A stretch of DNA of 64,000 bases from a virus. The number at the start of each line of letters is the position of its first letter. Position 1 is the stretch's first letter. The notes beneath the pieces are model-generated. The model did not search any database and was not told the DNA's origin. It saw nothing but the letters and a program-made list of their open reading frames with translations. Positions 1 through 8,700 of this stretch are shown piece after piece. Location: positions 5,327-69,326 of the IMG/VR virus record IMGVR_UViG_3300032214_000789. One strand, 5' to 3'. A program made the translations under genes and the position numbers.

Positions 1-246
1 TCTCTTGCCAAATCTTTCATTTCCTAAACCACCAATGTCTAATTGATTAAGAAAATCATCCATATCTCCTTCTTGCATATCAGGATTTTCTGCCTTCCTT
101 CTTGCTTGACGGAGAATAGTTGCGGCAGAACGATTTGCTTTTGCAAGTTTTTCTGCCCAGATCATATCTTCCAGAGTTACTTCCCCACCATTGACTATCC
201 TGTCACAAATAAATTCAAGGCGAAGACGATATTGCGTAGAGAGCAT
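1..246 (-). CDS. conserved cyanophage hypothetical protein (runs off window start)
   Basis: Hand-translated, not in ORF track: MLSTQYRLRLEFICDRIVNGGEVTLEDMIWAEKLAKAN...; late-promoter-like CTAAATA at 274-268 upstream. Confidence 0.8.
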   Translation of the reverse strand, partial: MLSTQYRLRLEFICDRIVNGGEVTLEDMIWAEKLAKANRSAATILRQARRKAENPDMQEGDMDDFLNQLDIGGLGNERFGKR

Positions 247-267
247 ACATGTTACCAGATGTAGTGT

Positions 268-274
268 TATTTAG
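268..274 (-). promoter_or_regulatory. T4-like late promoter (CTAAATA)
   Basis: Intergenic CTAAATA ~20 nt upstream of ATG at 246; variant of the T4 gp55 TATAAATA consensus. Confidence 0.55.
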
Positions 275-277
275 ATA

Positions 278-979
278 TTATACCGTCATGTTCAAAGATA
301 CAATTATTCTACTCTTTTCATCTTGACTTGGAAGAGTATAGTGAAATATATTTGAAGGGAATACTATTAAAGAACCCGAAGAAATGTTTTTTTCAACATA
401 TACTTCTTTACGATTATATTCCAAATTATTGAGAAATGGGCAAATAAATTCTGTAGGTGTATGTACTCTTTCATCAAATTCTATAAAACAAACTGATCCT
501 AAACTACTTGGTGCATTTCCATGTGTGTGGGGTGCATGAAACATTCCTTTTTTTTGTTCTTGAAACCATGCATAATTAATTTCAGCCATTTTATTTGGAA
601 AATTTTCAGGATTACCAAAACATTCATATATTATTTTTCTCTCTTCGTAAAAGATTTGATCTATAATATTTGCAAATTGTTTTTCCCATTCCTGTCTTTG
701 TAAAATTTGCTCTTGACTTTTATTTTTTCTGTGCCTCTCAAGTTCATAAGTTGTAAAGACGCTATCTCTATTGACTAACCATTCTTTACTTTCATCAAAC
801 AACTCTAATAATTTTTTCTTTTTAATTTCCCAATTTGACATTTTTATATGCAAAAGGGGGACAGAAAACATCGGTTTTATAATTATTTCTTTATTCAGAT
901 ATTTTTCAGCAACTAAATTGCAAAAATTACTTTCATCATCAAGTAATTTTTTTTCTTTATCAAAATATACTTCTTTCAT
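278..979 (-). CDS. 2OG-Fe(II) oxygenase (TIGR02466-like)
   Basis: HAPHTH iron-binding motif and C-terminal GSLIVFPSNIFHYT...SRIIVSLN. Confidence 0.8.
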   Translation of the reverse strand: MKEVYFDKEKKLLDDESNFCNLVAEKYLNKEIIIKPMFSVPLLHIKMSNWEIKKKKLLELFDESKEWLVNRDSVFTTYELERHRKNKSQEQILQRQEWEKQFANIIDQIFYEERKIIYECFGNPENFPNKMAEINYAWFQEQKKGMFHAPHTHGNAPSSLGSVCFIEFDERVHTPTEFICPFLNNLEYNRKEVYVEKNISSGSLIVFPSNIFHYTLPSQDEKSRIIVSLNMTV

Positions 980-999
980 ATTTTTAAAATTTTATAAAC

Positions 1000-1245
1000 T
1001 CATTTAGATTTAGCGTTTTTTTCAAATTCTTTTTGCAATTCTTCTGCAAGTTTATAAGATCTTCTCCACATAAAATACTTTACAATTGGATTTGCTGGAT
1101 TATGAAGTGTCCACCATTTTATTTTTTCATATTGAATTCTTGCAAGTTGAGTTAACAAATAAAACCCTTTTGCAACTGATTGATCTGTAATGATCAAATA
1201 AGCAATACAAAAAAATATAATAAAGTAGATGTAATTAGAACTCAT
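1000..1245 (-). CDS. small membrane-anchored hypothetical protein
   Basis: N-terminal hydrophobic helix YIYFIIFFCIAYLII; overlaps upstream ORF stop (ATGA). Confidence 0.7.
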   Translation of the reverse strand: MSSNYIYFIIFFCIAYLIITDQSVAKGFYLLTQLARIQYEKIKWWTLHNPANPIVKYFMWRRSYKLAEELQKEFEKNAKSK

Positions 1246-1418
1246 CGTCTGATAGTTTTAAGATATTCTAGCACATGTTCACGAACTTCCATGAGTTCAT
1301 TATAACATTTCTGATTATGAGCACATTGGCGAAGTTCAGAATCTGGTTTGTGAACGCTTTCTACAAACAAATCCAGACCACGATTCCATTTTTGTTCTTG
1401 TGTTTCATTTTCGGTCAT
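1242..1418 (-). CDS. conserved cyanophage hypothetical protein (58 aa)
   Basis: Hand-translated MTENETQEQKWNRGLDLFVESVHKPDSELRQCAHNQKCYNELMEVREHVLEYLKTIRR; fills the gap with overlapping start/stop. Confidence 0.75.
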   Translation of the reverse strand: MTENETQEQKWNRGLDLFVESVHKPDSELRQCAHNQKCYNELMEVREHVLEYLKTIRR

Positions 1419-1578
1419 TTGATTTAATAATTAAAGGGCAAGAAGGAACTACTTTTTTAAGTTCCCAAAGAATTTCTGATTTTTGACGGGAAGTTAATAA
1501 TTTAACATTCACCAACCTATTAGCAATCATCACAATATCAGAACACGTTAAAATTGTTGTGAGAAACAGAGTAAACAT
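1405..1578 (-). CDS. small hypothetical protein (57 aa)
   Basis: Hand-translated MFTLFLTTILTCSDIVMIANRL...; AGGAG RBS upstream. Confidence 0.65.
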   Translation of the reverse strand: MFTLFLTTILTCSDIVMIANRLVNVKLLTSRQKSEILWELKKVVPSCPLIIKSNDRK

Positions 1579-1602
1579 AAGTTTCTCCTGTGTTCAAATT
1601 AT

Positions 1603-1821
1603 TTATTGGGCAAATCCACCACCCTTTACTTTTTCTTTACTTTTCTTTTTGTCTTTTACGATTACAAGATCCAAAAAATCTGGAATCTGATTGTTTTGGA
1701 ACCAATACCTCTGAACGTCCTCCCAGTGCTCAAAAAATTGATTTTTACCATTTTTCAGCACAACTTCATAGGTGTGCCTATCATAAGGATCTGCAGAAGT
1801 ACAAGTGAATAGTTGAGTCAT
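1603..1821 (-). CDS. conserved cyanophage hypothetical protein
   Basis: ORF track; co-oriented and coupled with neighbours. Confidence 0.7.
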   Translation of the reverse strand: MTQLFTCTSADPYDRHTYEVVLKNGKNQFFEHWEDVQRYWFQNNQIPDFLDLVIVKDKKKSKEKVKGGGFAQ

Positions 1822-2042
1822 AGAAATTCATCCAAAGTTGAAACTGATGCGCCTTTTGCGGCCTTTTGAATGTACCTTTTTGCGGTCTTATAGTTGTTGC
1901 AAGTGTGAACTTGCTGCCCCTTATAAACAATAATGAACTTCTTTCCCCAGGGAATTGCTGCCCATTCCCCATCCTTACTTACAAACCCATTCGGATCTCC
2001 TGGAGTAGGATCCAGGAGAGTTTCGTTTTGAACATTATTCAT
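1818..2042 (-). CDS. conserved cyanophage hypothetical protein
   Basis: ORF track; co-oriented, ATGA overlap with next ORF. Confidence 0.7.
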   Translation of the reverse strand: MNNVQNETLLDPTPGDPNGFVSKDGEWAAIPWGKKFIIVYKGQQVHTCNNYKTAKRYIQKAAKGASVSTLDEFL

Positions 2043-2048
2043 AAATTA

Positions 2049-3275
2049 TCAGCGTCGAATAGTACTAACGGCAACATCACCGTTTACAAAGATGGTGTCC
2101 ACCACGTTCTGTACGGCACGTGCGGTGTTCGCAGATGCCTTGTCAAAGGTGGGGCAGATCACCAGTCCATAGGATTTGGCATATGCCTCCAGATTGCCTG
2201 CCTGGAGGGCACCAGAGCGGATGTTAGCAGCATCCTGGGGGTGTAGGCGCAGAGTACGTCCAACCGTTTGTCCGATGCCCACAACATCCATAGAACGCAT
2301 GAACACAACTGCCTCCAGAGCAGAGATGTTGATGCCTTCTGCCAGAATGCTGTGATGCAGAACCACAAACTTCTTGTCGGCATCCTTGCCCCACTGGTTG
2401 AGAGTGTCGAAGAACACCTCACGGTTTACGATCTTACCATCAATAAAAGCACCGTGCTTGGAAGTAATGTGCATCACAGAGTAACCCTGTTCTGCAAGTT
2501 GATCTGCAAAATTAGTTTCAGAAAGCAAACCCACAATGTTCTTGGTTGCCTTGGCACAGATCAGGATCTTGTTGACGGGATGATCTGCGATCGTTTGCAG
2601 AAGATACTCACAATCACGTTGAGCAATATCCTCACCCTTGATGGAGAGGCGCATCTCCTTCATCATAACCTTGGGAGGAATAATGTAACCACCCTGCACA
2701 AGATCAGGAGCAGGAACCTTGGCAATGATCTGACCATAAACATCAGTATCGTTCATGCCAGGTTTGCCAACCACAGAAGAATACTTGGGAGTTGCAGTAA
2801 AGAAATAGCAACGCTTTGCTTCTGAAGCAAAGTATTCTGTGGCAGGGAAGAAATTACGCTTGACAGAGTTGTGTGCCTCGTCAAAGTAAATGGTGTCCAC
2901 GGCAATGCCTGCACGTTGCAGTTGCTGCAGAGAGTTGTAAGTGGTAAAGATCAGTTTGTGACCTTCCACTTGCTCACACCAGGTACGGATAATGTTAGGG
3001 CGAGTGCTGCGGAAGTGATGAGTTTCACCTGTATGAACGTGCATCACATGAGCATTGGTGATGAACTCAAGGTACTCGGAAGACAGTTGCTCTGCCAAAA
3101 GAATGCGAGGAGCAACCACTACGATGGTTTGAGCAGTATCAGAAAGGAACTGCTCAATCGCATCAAAAATACCAACGTTGGTTTTACCACCGCCAGTAGG
3201 GAAAACACAGATGCCCTTGGCAACCTGCCGAAGAGCATCAAGAGCAATTTGTTGATGGGGGCGAAGTTGGAACAA
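2049..3275 (-). CDS. superfamily 2 (DEAH, ResIII-like) helicase
   Basis: Q-motif LRPHQQ, Walker A PTGGGKT, DEAH, TATP, LAEGIN, GQTVGRTLR. Start likely TTG at 3275 (GGAG upstream; the ORF-track start at 3332 lies upstream of a -10 box). Confidence 0.9.
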   Translation of the reverse strand: MFQLRPHQQIALDALRQVAKGICVFPTGGGKTNVGIFDAIEQFLSDTAQTIVVVAPRILLAEQLSSEYLEFITNAHVMHVHTGETHHFRSTRPNIIRTWCEQVEGHKLIFTTYNSLQQLQRAGIAVDTIYFDEAHNSVKRNFFPATEYFASEAKRCYFFTATPKYSSVVGKPGMNDTDVYGQIIAKVPAPDLVQGGYIIPPKVMMKEMRLSIKGEDIAQRDCEYLLQTIADHPVNKILICAKATKNIVGLLSETNFADQLAEQGYSVMHITSKHGAFIDGKIVNREVFFDTLNQWGKDADKKFVVLHHSILAEGINISALEAVVFMRSMDVVGIGQTVGRTLRLHPQDAANIRSGALQAGNLEAYAKSYGLVICPTFDKASANTARAVQNVVDTIFVNGDVAVSTIRR

Positions 3276-3297
3276 GATCTCCGTTGCGTATGGGACT

Positions 3298-3341
3298 ATT
3301 ATAGCAGAAAGGGGTCCCCGCAGGAACCCCATGTGCCAGTT
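3298..3341 (-). promoter_or_regulatory. extended -10 promoter (TGCTATAAT) with upstream AACTGGCACA motif
   Basis: TATAAT at 3303-3298; AACTGGCACA at 3341-3332, same 10-mer also upstream of the promoter at 19875-19920; GC hairpin at 3311-3330 between them. Confidence 0.55.
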
Positions 3342-3355
3342 ATCAAATTGGTCTA

Positions 3356-4660
3356 TTATTGAAATTCGTTATGCTGTTCAATTAAGTTTGCTTGTGGCAA
3401 CCACTTGAAATCAATTGGTTTCAAAGTTCCTTCATCATGTGCTTTGAGAACACGGCGATAGTGTTTGAGCATACGCTTACGCTCACCTTCCATTAAAACT
3501 CGAAGTTCATCGATGTTGTTTTCTGTAGGAGGAGTACTAACTCCCTGACCCTGTTCCAGGAAGGAGTAAGCAGTATAGTTATTATCAGGATACTCAAGTT
3601 GCTTTTCAAAAATGAAATACCACTTACGGTAGTGATCTGGTTTACGTCCCCAACCAACTGCAAAGGTAGTTTGAGTTTCGTTCATAGAACTAATACGCTC
3701 ACCACAAACACCATTTATACCAAAAACATCTTTCAAGGTTTTTTGTGCTTTAGAAATATCATATGGTTCAATAGATACTTTAACACCTTCTTCACCAAGA
3801 ATTTCAGCAGCAAAAATCCTTCGATTGTTTTTGCGAACTTCTTTATAACGAGTTTTCAAAACGTCAATTACAACTTCAATATCTTTTGCAATTTTTCCAT
3901 ATTGAAAACCTTTTTGAATCATGTACTTCACATCATGCTCTGTGCAATCATTCTTCTTTTCTCTGTTGGGGGCATTAGCGATTGCACCGTATTGAAGAAG
4001 AGAATATTCATCCTCACCAAAAATGATAGCACATGGAAAATATTTCCAAGGCAATTCAAACCGATTGTTGCCGTCACGAACGATATACTTAAAAGTGAAT
4101 TCGGAACCATCTTCATCAACATAATGAATTGGTTCGGGAAGAACCGATACCGCAGGTTGATAGCAGCGATAGTCATACTCACCATCAGCAACTTCTTCCG
4201 TAATTTGGTCAATAGTTTGCTGGAAAAGTGCCTGCCCAACACGAGTTTGACATTCGATGCCAAGTTTTCGAGCAACACTATGAGACATTACTTCATCTTT
4301 ATGAAGAATTGCCCACTTTTCGAAGGTAATTCCAGGAGATTTCTCATAGTATCGCCCATGCTTCTCTAACTCTTCCAAATCAAAGATATTTTGATTTGGA
4401 TTGATCGCCCCTTTTGTTTCAACAAGACAATATGTACCTTGCAGATCCATAGAATTTCGGCACATCATTTTTAAAAGTTCATCTGCTTCAAGACGCTGAA
4501 TTGAAGCACGAACAATTTCTTCTTCATTCTTATTATCATATAGTTCTGGAATACGATTTTGTTTCAGAACCAGATCATAAACTTGTTGAAGTGTGAAAAT
4601 AACTCCAGGAACAAAGTTCTCTCGGAGAGTTATCAAAAGATGTTCTTTAGTAGAAATCAT
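3356..4660 (-). CDS. N-terminal winged-helix (DpnI C-terminal-like) fused to ParB/Srx-like domain
   Basis: FTLQQVY...NKNEEEIVRASIQRL...GTY resembles the DpnI/Dam-replacing wH; QTR...QPAV...YIVRDGNNR resembles the ParB-N core. Start moved to ATG 4660, downstream of the promoter. Confidence 0.55.
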   Translation of the reverse strand: MISTKEHLLITLRENFVPGVIFTLQQVYDLVLKQNRIPELYDNKNEEEIVRASIQRLEADELLKMMCRNSMDLQGTYCLVETKGAINPNQNIFDLEELEKHGRYYEKSPGITFEKWAILHKDEVMSHSVARKLGIECQTRVGQALFQQTIDQITEEVADGEYDYRCYQPAVSVLPEPIHYVDEDGSEFTFKYIVRDGNNRFELPWKYFPCAIIFGEDEYSLLQYGAIANAPNREKKNDCTEHDVKYMIQKGFQYGKIAKDIEVVIDVLKTRYKEVRKNNRRIFAAEILGEEGVKVSIEPYDISKAQKTLKDVFGINGVCGERISSMNETQTTFAVGWGRKPDHYRKWYFIFEKQLEYPDNNYTAYSFLEQGQGVSTPPTENNIDELRVLMEGERKRMLKHYRRVLKAHDEGTLKPIDFKWLPQANLIEQHNEFQ

Positions 4661-4682
4661 AATCAAATTTGTTTGCCCAATC

Positions 4683-4711
4683 AATATAGAGCAGATCACC
4701 CACCCTGTCAA
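4683..4711 (-). promoter_or_regulatory. sigma70-type (early) promoter
   Basis: TTGACA-17 nt-TATATT. Confidence 0.75.
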
Positions 4712-4723
4712 CCCCCTGTCCCA

Positions 4724-5125
4724 TTAGAAAAACTTTTCAATACCGATAAGTTCTCCAAATGAGTAGTCATACTCCAAAGCATCAGCACACACATAATGAG
4801 GATGATCTGTTGATACACCTAGACGCTCACAAATCTCCTTATGATTATCTTCCATCATTTCTACGGCATAGAGCATGTGATCTAGAACGTGCTTTTCATC
4901 ATGATATTGACACAAACGTTTCTTTAATCCCACTAGAAAATTCCCAGATCCTGCAGAATTATCAATAAACGTGCTTGTAGGATCTTGAAGTAATTCCAAA
5001 GGAATTTCATCAATCATGCTTTCTACGAGTTCTTGTGGAGTAAAGACTTCTTGGGTCTCTTTAATTCTTTCATCGGATCTTTCAATACTTGATCCAACTT
5101 CTAGATTATGCTTGTTCTTTTTCAT
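4724..5125 (-). CDS. N6-adenine DNA methyltransferase, SAM-binding half (motifs X-I-II-III)
   Basis: EVFTP (motif X), IDNSAGSGNFL (motif I), LYAVE (motif II), CADAL (motif III); no NPPY. Confidence 0.8.
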   Translation of the reverse strand: MKKNKHNLEVGSSIERSDERIKETQEVFTPQELVESMIDEIPLELLQDPTSTFIDNSAGSGNFLVGLKKRLCQYHDEKHVLDHMLYAVEMMEDNHKEICERLGVSTDHPHYVCADALEYDYSFGELIGIEKFF

Positions 5126-5687
5126 TTAAACATTTAATATAAGTTGAAATTAGATCATTCTTTCCGAAATGATATCGTCCATTACACTGTGTTGCTGCCT
5201 CTCTAAATTTATCAGCAAACTCTACCATATTTTTTATTACGCTGGGATCTTTCACTTTTAGAAAATGATGTCCCTTTGCATAATGTGTGAAGTTTTCTGT
5301 TTTAACTCTACCACTGGGTCCACATCCATACTCACCAACAAATAGATCTGCTTCATCTCTTCTTTCATATGGAAGAAACTCAAAGTCAGGATGTTCTCTC
5401 ATCATAGGAATTTCACCAACTCCTATTGCAAATCTTGTAGTGTTTCTAACTTCCCAATATTGCTTAACAGCACTAATACCACCAGGAAATGTAGATGCAT
5501 CAAGATCTTCATCTACTACACAGTGAAGATGTCCTTTAATCTTATTTAAAGAAGAAGGTTTGCGTACCGAAGTTGGTAACACAAACCTTATGTCATCTGC
5601 AATCTCTGCAGTCTTATTCAGGAATTTTATAGCAAGATTACCACCTACACCATATGGAGGATTACCAATAGCTAAGCTAAATCTCAT
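5106..5687 (-). CDS. N6-adenine DNA methyltransferase, catalytic/target-recognition half
   Basis: Starts at motif IV (FSLAIGNPPY), then LAIKFL, FVLPTS, F-P-G; no SAM-binding motif I. Confidence 0.8.
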   Translation of the reverse strand: MRFSLAIGNPPYGVGGNLAIKFLNKTAEIADDIRFVLPTSVRKPSSLNKIKGHLHCVVDEDLDASTFPGGISAVKQYWEVRNTTRFAIGVGEIPMMREHPDFEFLPYERRDEADLFVGEYGCGPSGRVKTENFTHYAKGHHFLKVKDPSVIKNMVEFADKFREAATQCNGRYHFGKNDLISTYIKCLNEKEQA

Positions 5688-5713
5688 AACTTATCTTCAA
5701 ACCTAACAAAGGT

Positions 5714-5742
5714 ATTCTAGTGGGATTTGGAGATTATGTCAA
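5714..5742 (-). promoter_or_regulatory. sigma70-type (early) promoter
   Basis: TTGACA-17 nt-TAGAAT. Confidence 0.75.
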
Positions 5743-5745
5743 CCC

Positions 5746-8700
5746 CTAGTACATATCATGCCATGCAGTTCCATCGTACATTTGATGTTTTTTGGTAGAT
5801 TTATTAAATATAAATGCTCCCTCAACTGTGGCAAGACCAACTCTTTCCGATGAAGTTATAGATGGTGGGATCATAAATTTCATTTGTGATCCTAATCCAA
5901 CAGGTGTAACAACTGTTGATATTCCAGAACCAGCACCGCTAAAGTCTATAACTGCTTTTGCTGAAGTAGTTCCAATTCCAATAATTGTTTTTCCGTAAGA
6001 ATCATTAATGCTGCATATTTCTGTGGATGGACTAGAATTGCCAATTGAAATATTACCTCCATTATTAATAACAATATTACCGTCATCAAGAAGAAGGTCT
6101 CCACTTAATATTGCTACTGCAGCAGTAGCAATATTTGTATTTTGAGTAATTGTTGTTATTCCAGCAACAAACTTTGGAGATAAAACAGTACCTGAAGAAT
6201 ACAGAGAAACACCTCCTATTTTTTGAGTTGTTCCAATACCAACAAAATTTTCTACTCCATCTTCAGTTACTGGTTGACCAATAAAAACACCAGTATTTGA
6301 ATCAATGCTTAAACTATTTGCAGTTAGATCATAAAAAGAAACTGTTGAGACTCCAGTTACATCAAGATTAGTTACTGTTATAATTCCAACTTGTGCAGAA
6401 TCTACTATTAAATGAGTACCATCAAATAGATTACCATAAAAACTATTACTGGAAACAAAATTTGTTGAAATAGTTGAAGCTGTTCCTATTGAAGCACCTT
6501 GAACATTTGAACTAACAACTATATTACCACTATCATAAACATTTAAATTATAACCACTATTAACATTAATGTTTGAATAATTATTAGTATTACTATTAAA
6601 TCTAACAGGACTATTAAATGTAATTCCGTTACCAACAGTTCTGTTGGAAAGATTATTTACATATAAAACGTCATTAACAAAAGTATTGGCAGAGGTAATA
6701 GATGATATTGAAATAATTCTAGATGCTGTTACAATTCCAACATTTAAATTTAGATTTGTACCAAAATCTACAATTAAATCACCATCAATTGTAACATCTC
6801 CTGCAACTTTTAAATCACCACCAACAAATGAATTGCTAGTTACTGTAGAAGTTCCAACAACTTCAAAAGTTTCTAATGGATTTGTTCTACCTATACCTAA
6901 CTTACCACCATAAGTTAGTGACATTAGATCGGTATCTTTATATTTCCAGGTATGATTGCCAGTACCAACTCCAGCAGCACCAGAGTGCAATTGATAAACA
7001 ATTGGTCCGGGAGTTTGATTTCTAATTTTTAAAGTTCTATCTTGTAATTCATTAAAAATTATATTCGCACTACTTGTACCCGATGTTAATGTAAATGTTG
7101 GGAAATTATTTACACTAGAGGTCTTAATTAAAACAGAAACATTATCATCTGATGATACAACATCAAAATTAGTTTCTGGGGAAAGAGTTCCTACTCCAAT
7201 TCTATTATTAGAACTATTAACAAATAATGGTCCTGCTGAAACATTATTTGTTACCGTTAATCCACCACCAACAACTAAATTATCATTAACTTGTACATAA
7301 TTAGAATTTGATTGTAAAACTAAATCTCCAGAAATAGTATCTATTGTTGATGTTGATGCTACTGCAATTCTAATATTATTAATGTGTGCGGTTCCAAATG
7401 CATAGCTAGATGATCCAAGATAACCAGATTTGTCTGAAGTTGGAATGATACCAGTTCCAACAGAGGCAATACCAGTTAATTCGCTCAATTCATCAACTAT
7501 TAGTTTCTTAAGAACTCTAGTTATGTTAGAATTTGAAGTTAATTTTAAATCTCCAGATTTTGTAGAGATAGTATTATTTTCTCCACTTGCTATATTTACG
7601 TTTCCAATATGTGCATTACCAAACGCAGTAGTTGCAGATCCTATAAAAGATCCTAAATCTGAAGTTGGTAATATACCATTATTTGCTGTTACAACTTGTG
7701 CAAAAGTGGTTAATCCAGCAACACGTAAATTATTAGAAATAATAACATTATTTTCAAGATTAATTAAATTTGTAAAAGATTTTAAGTTTAAATCGCCAGA
7801 TTTTGTAGTAATTTCATTAGCATTAACACCTAATTGCAAACTTGCAATATATGCAGCACCAAATTCTCTGCCAGATAATCCTAAATTTGAAGCGCCAGCA
7901 GAATTTGGTACAATATTATTTCCAACAGTTGTAATACCACTTAAATAAACATTACCATCTACATTTAAAGCATTATTAACATCTAAATTATCATCAACTT
8001 CAACTGTTCCACCTGTAGAATCTAAAATTAAATTTCCACTTGATGTATCAATTTCATTAACACCATTTACACCTATTTGAATATTATCAATATATGCCGA
8101 ATTGAAAGTTTTTGTTGAACTTCCTAGAGGAACATTAGCATTTGTATTTGGCAATAAGCTCGTTGCAACTGTTGTAATACCACTTAAATAAACATTACCA
8201 TCTACATTTAAAGCATTATTAACATCTAAATTATCATCAACTTCGACTGTTCCACCTGTAGAATCTAAAATTAAATTTCCACTTCTGGTGTCAATTTCAT
8301 TATCACCACTAAATCCAAGACGAACGTCATCAATATGCGCTTCGGCAAAACGAAGTGATGTAGATCCAATACTAGAATTAATGTTTGTGCTTGGTATTAA
8401 ATTGGCACCAGTTCTCAAATTACCTGTAACTGTTGCAATTCCGCTAATTTCTATATTTCTTCCTACACTCAAATCTTGAGATGTGGTAACTCTTCTAGTG
8501 AAGGAATCTAAAGATAAATTACCAGACCTTGTACTAATAATTCCAACAGCACTTGGTAGACCAATTTGAAGTTCATCAATATGTGCTTCACTAAATGCCT
8601 TTGATGTGCTTCCTATTGCAACTGAATCATTTACGTTAGGTAACAAACTTGTTGCAACTGTTGTAATGCCACTTAAATAAACATTACCATCAACATTAAG

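Noticed and set aside
3599-4369. 256-aa plus-strand ORF, also 2268-2825 and 2871-3362
   Set aside because: Antisense shadows of the wH-ParB and helicase genes with no recognisable motifs
5106-5135. TTTAAAT slippery-like heptamer at the MTase junction as a programmed frameshift fusing the halves
   Set aside because: The downstream ORF is in the +1 frame; a -1 slip would not reach it, and it has its own ATG
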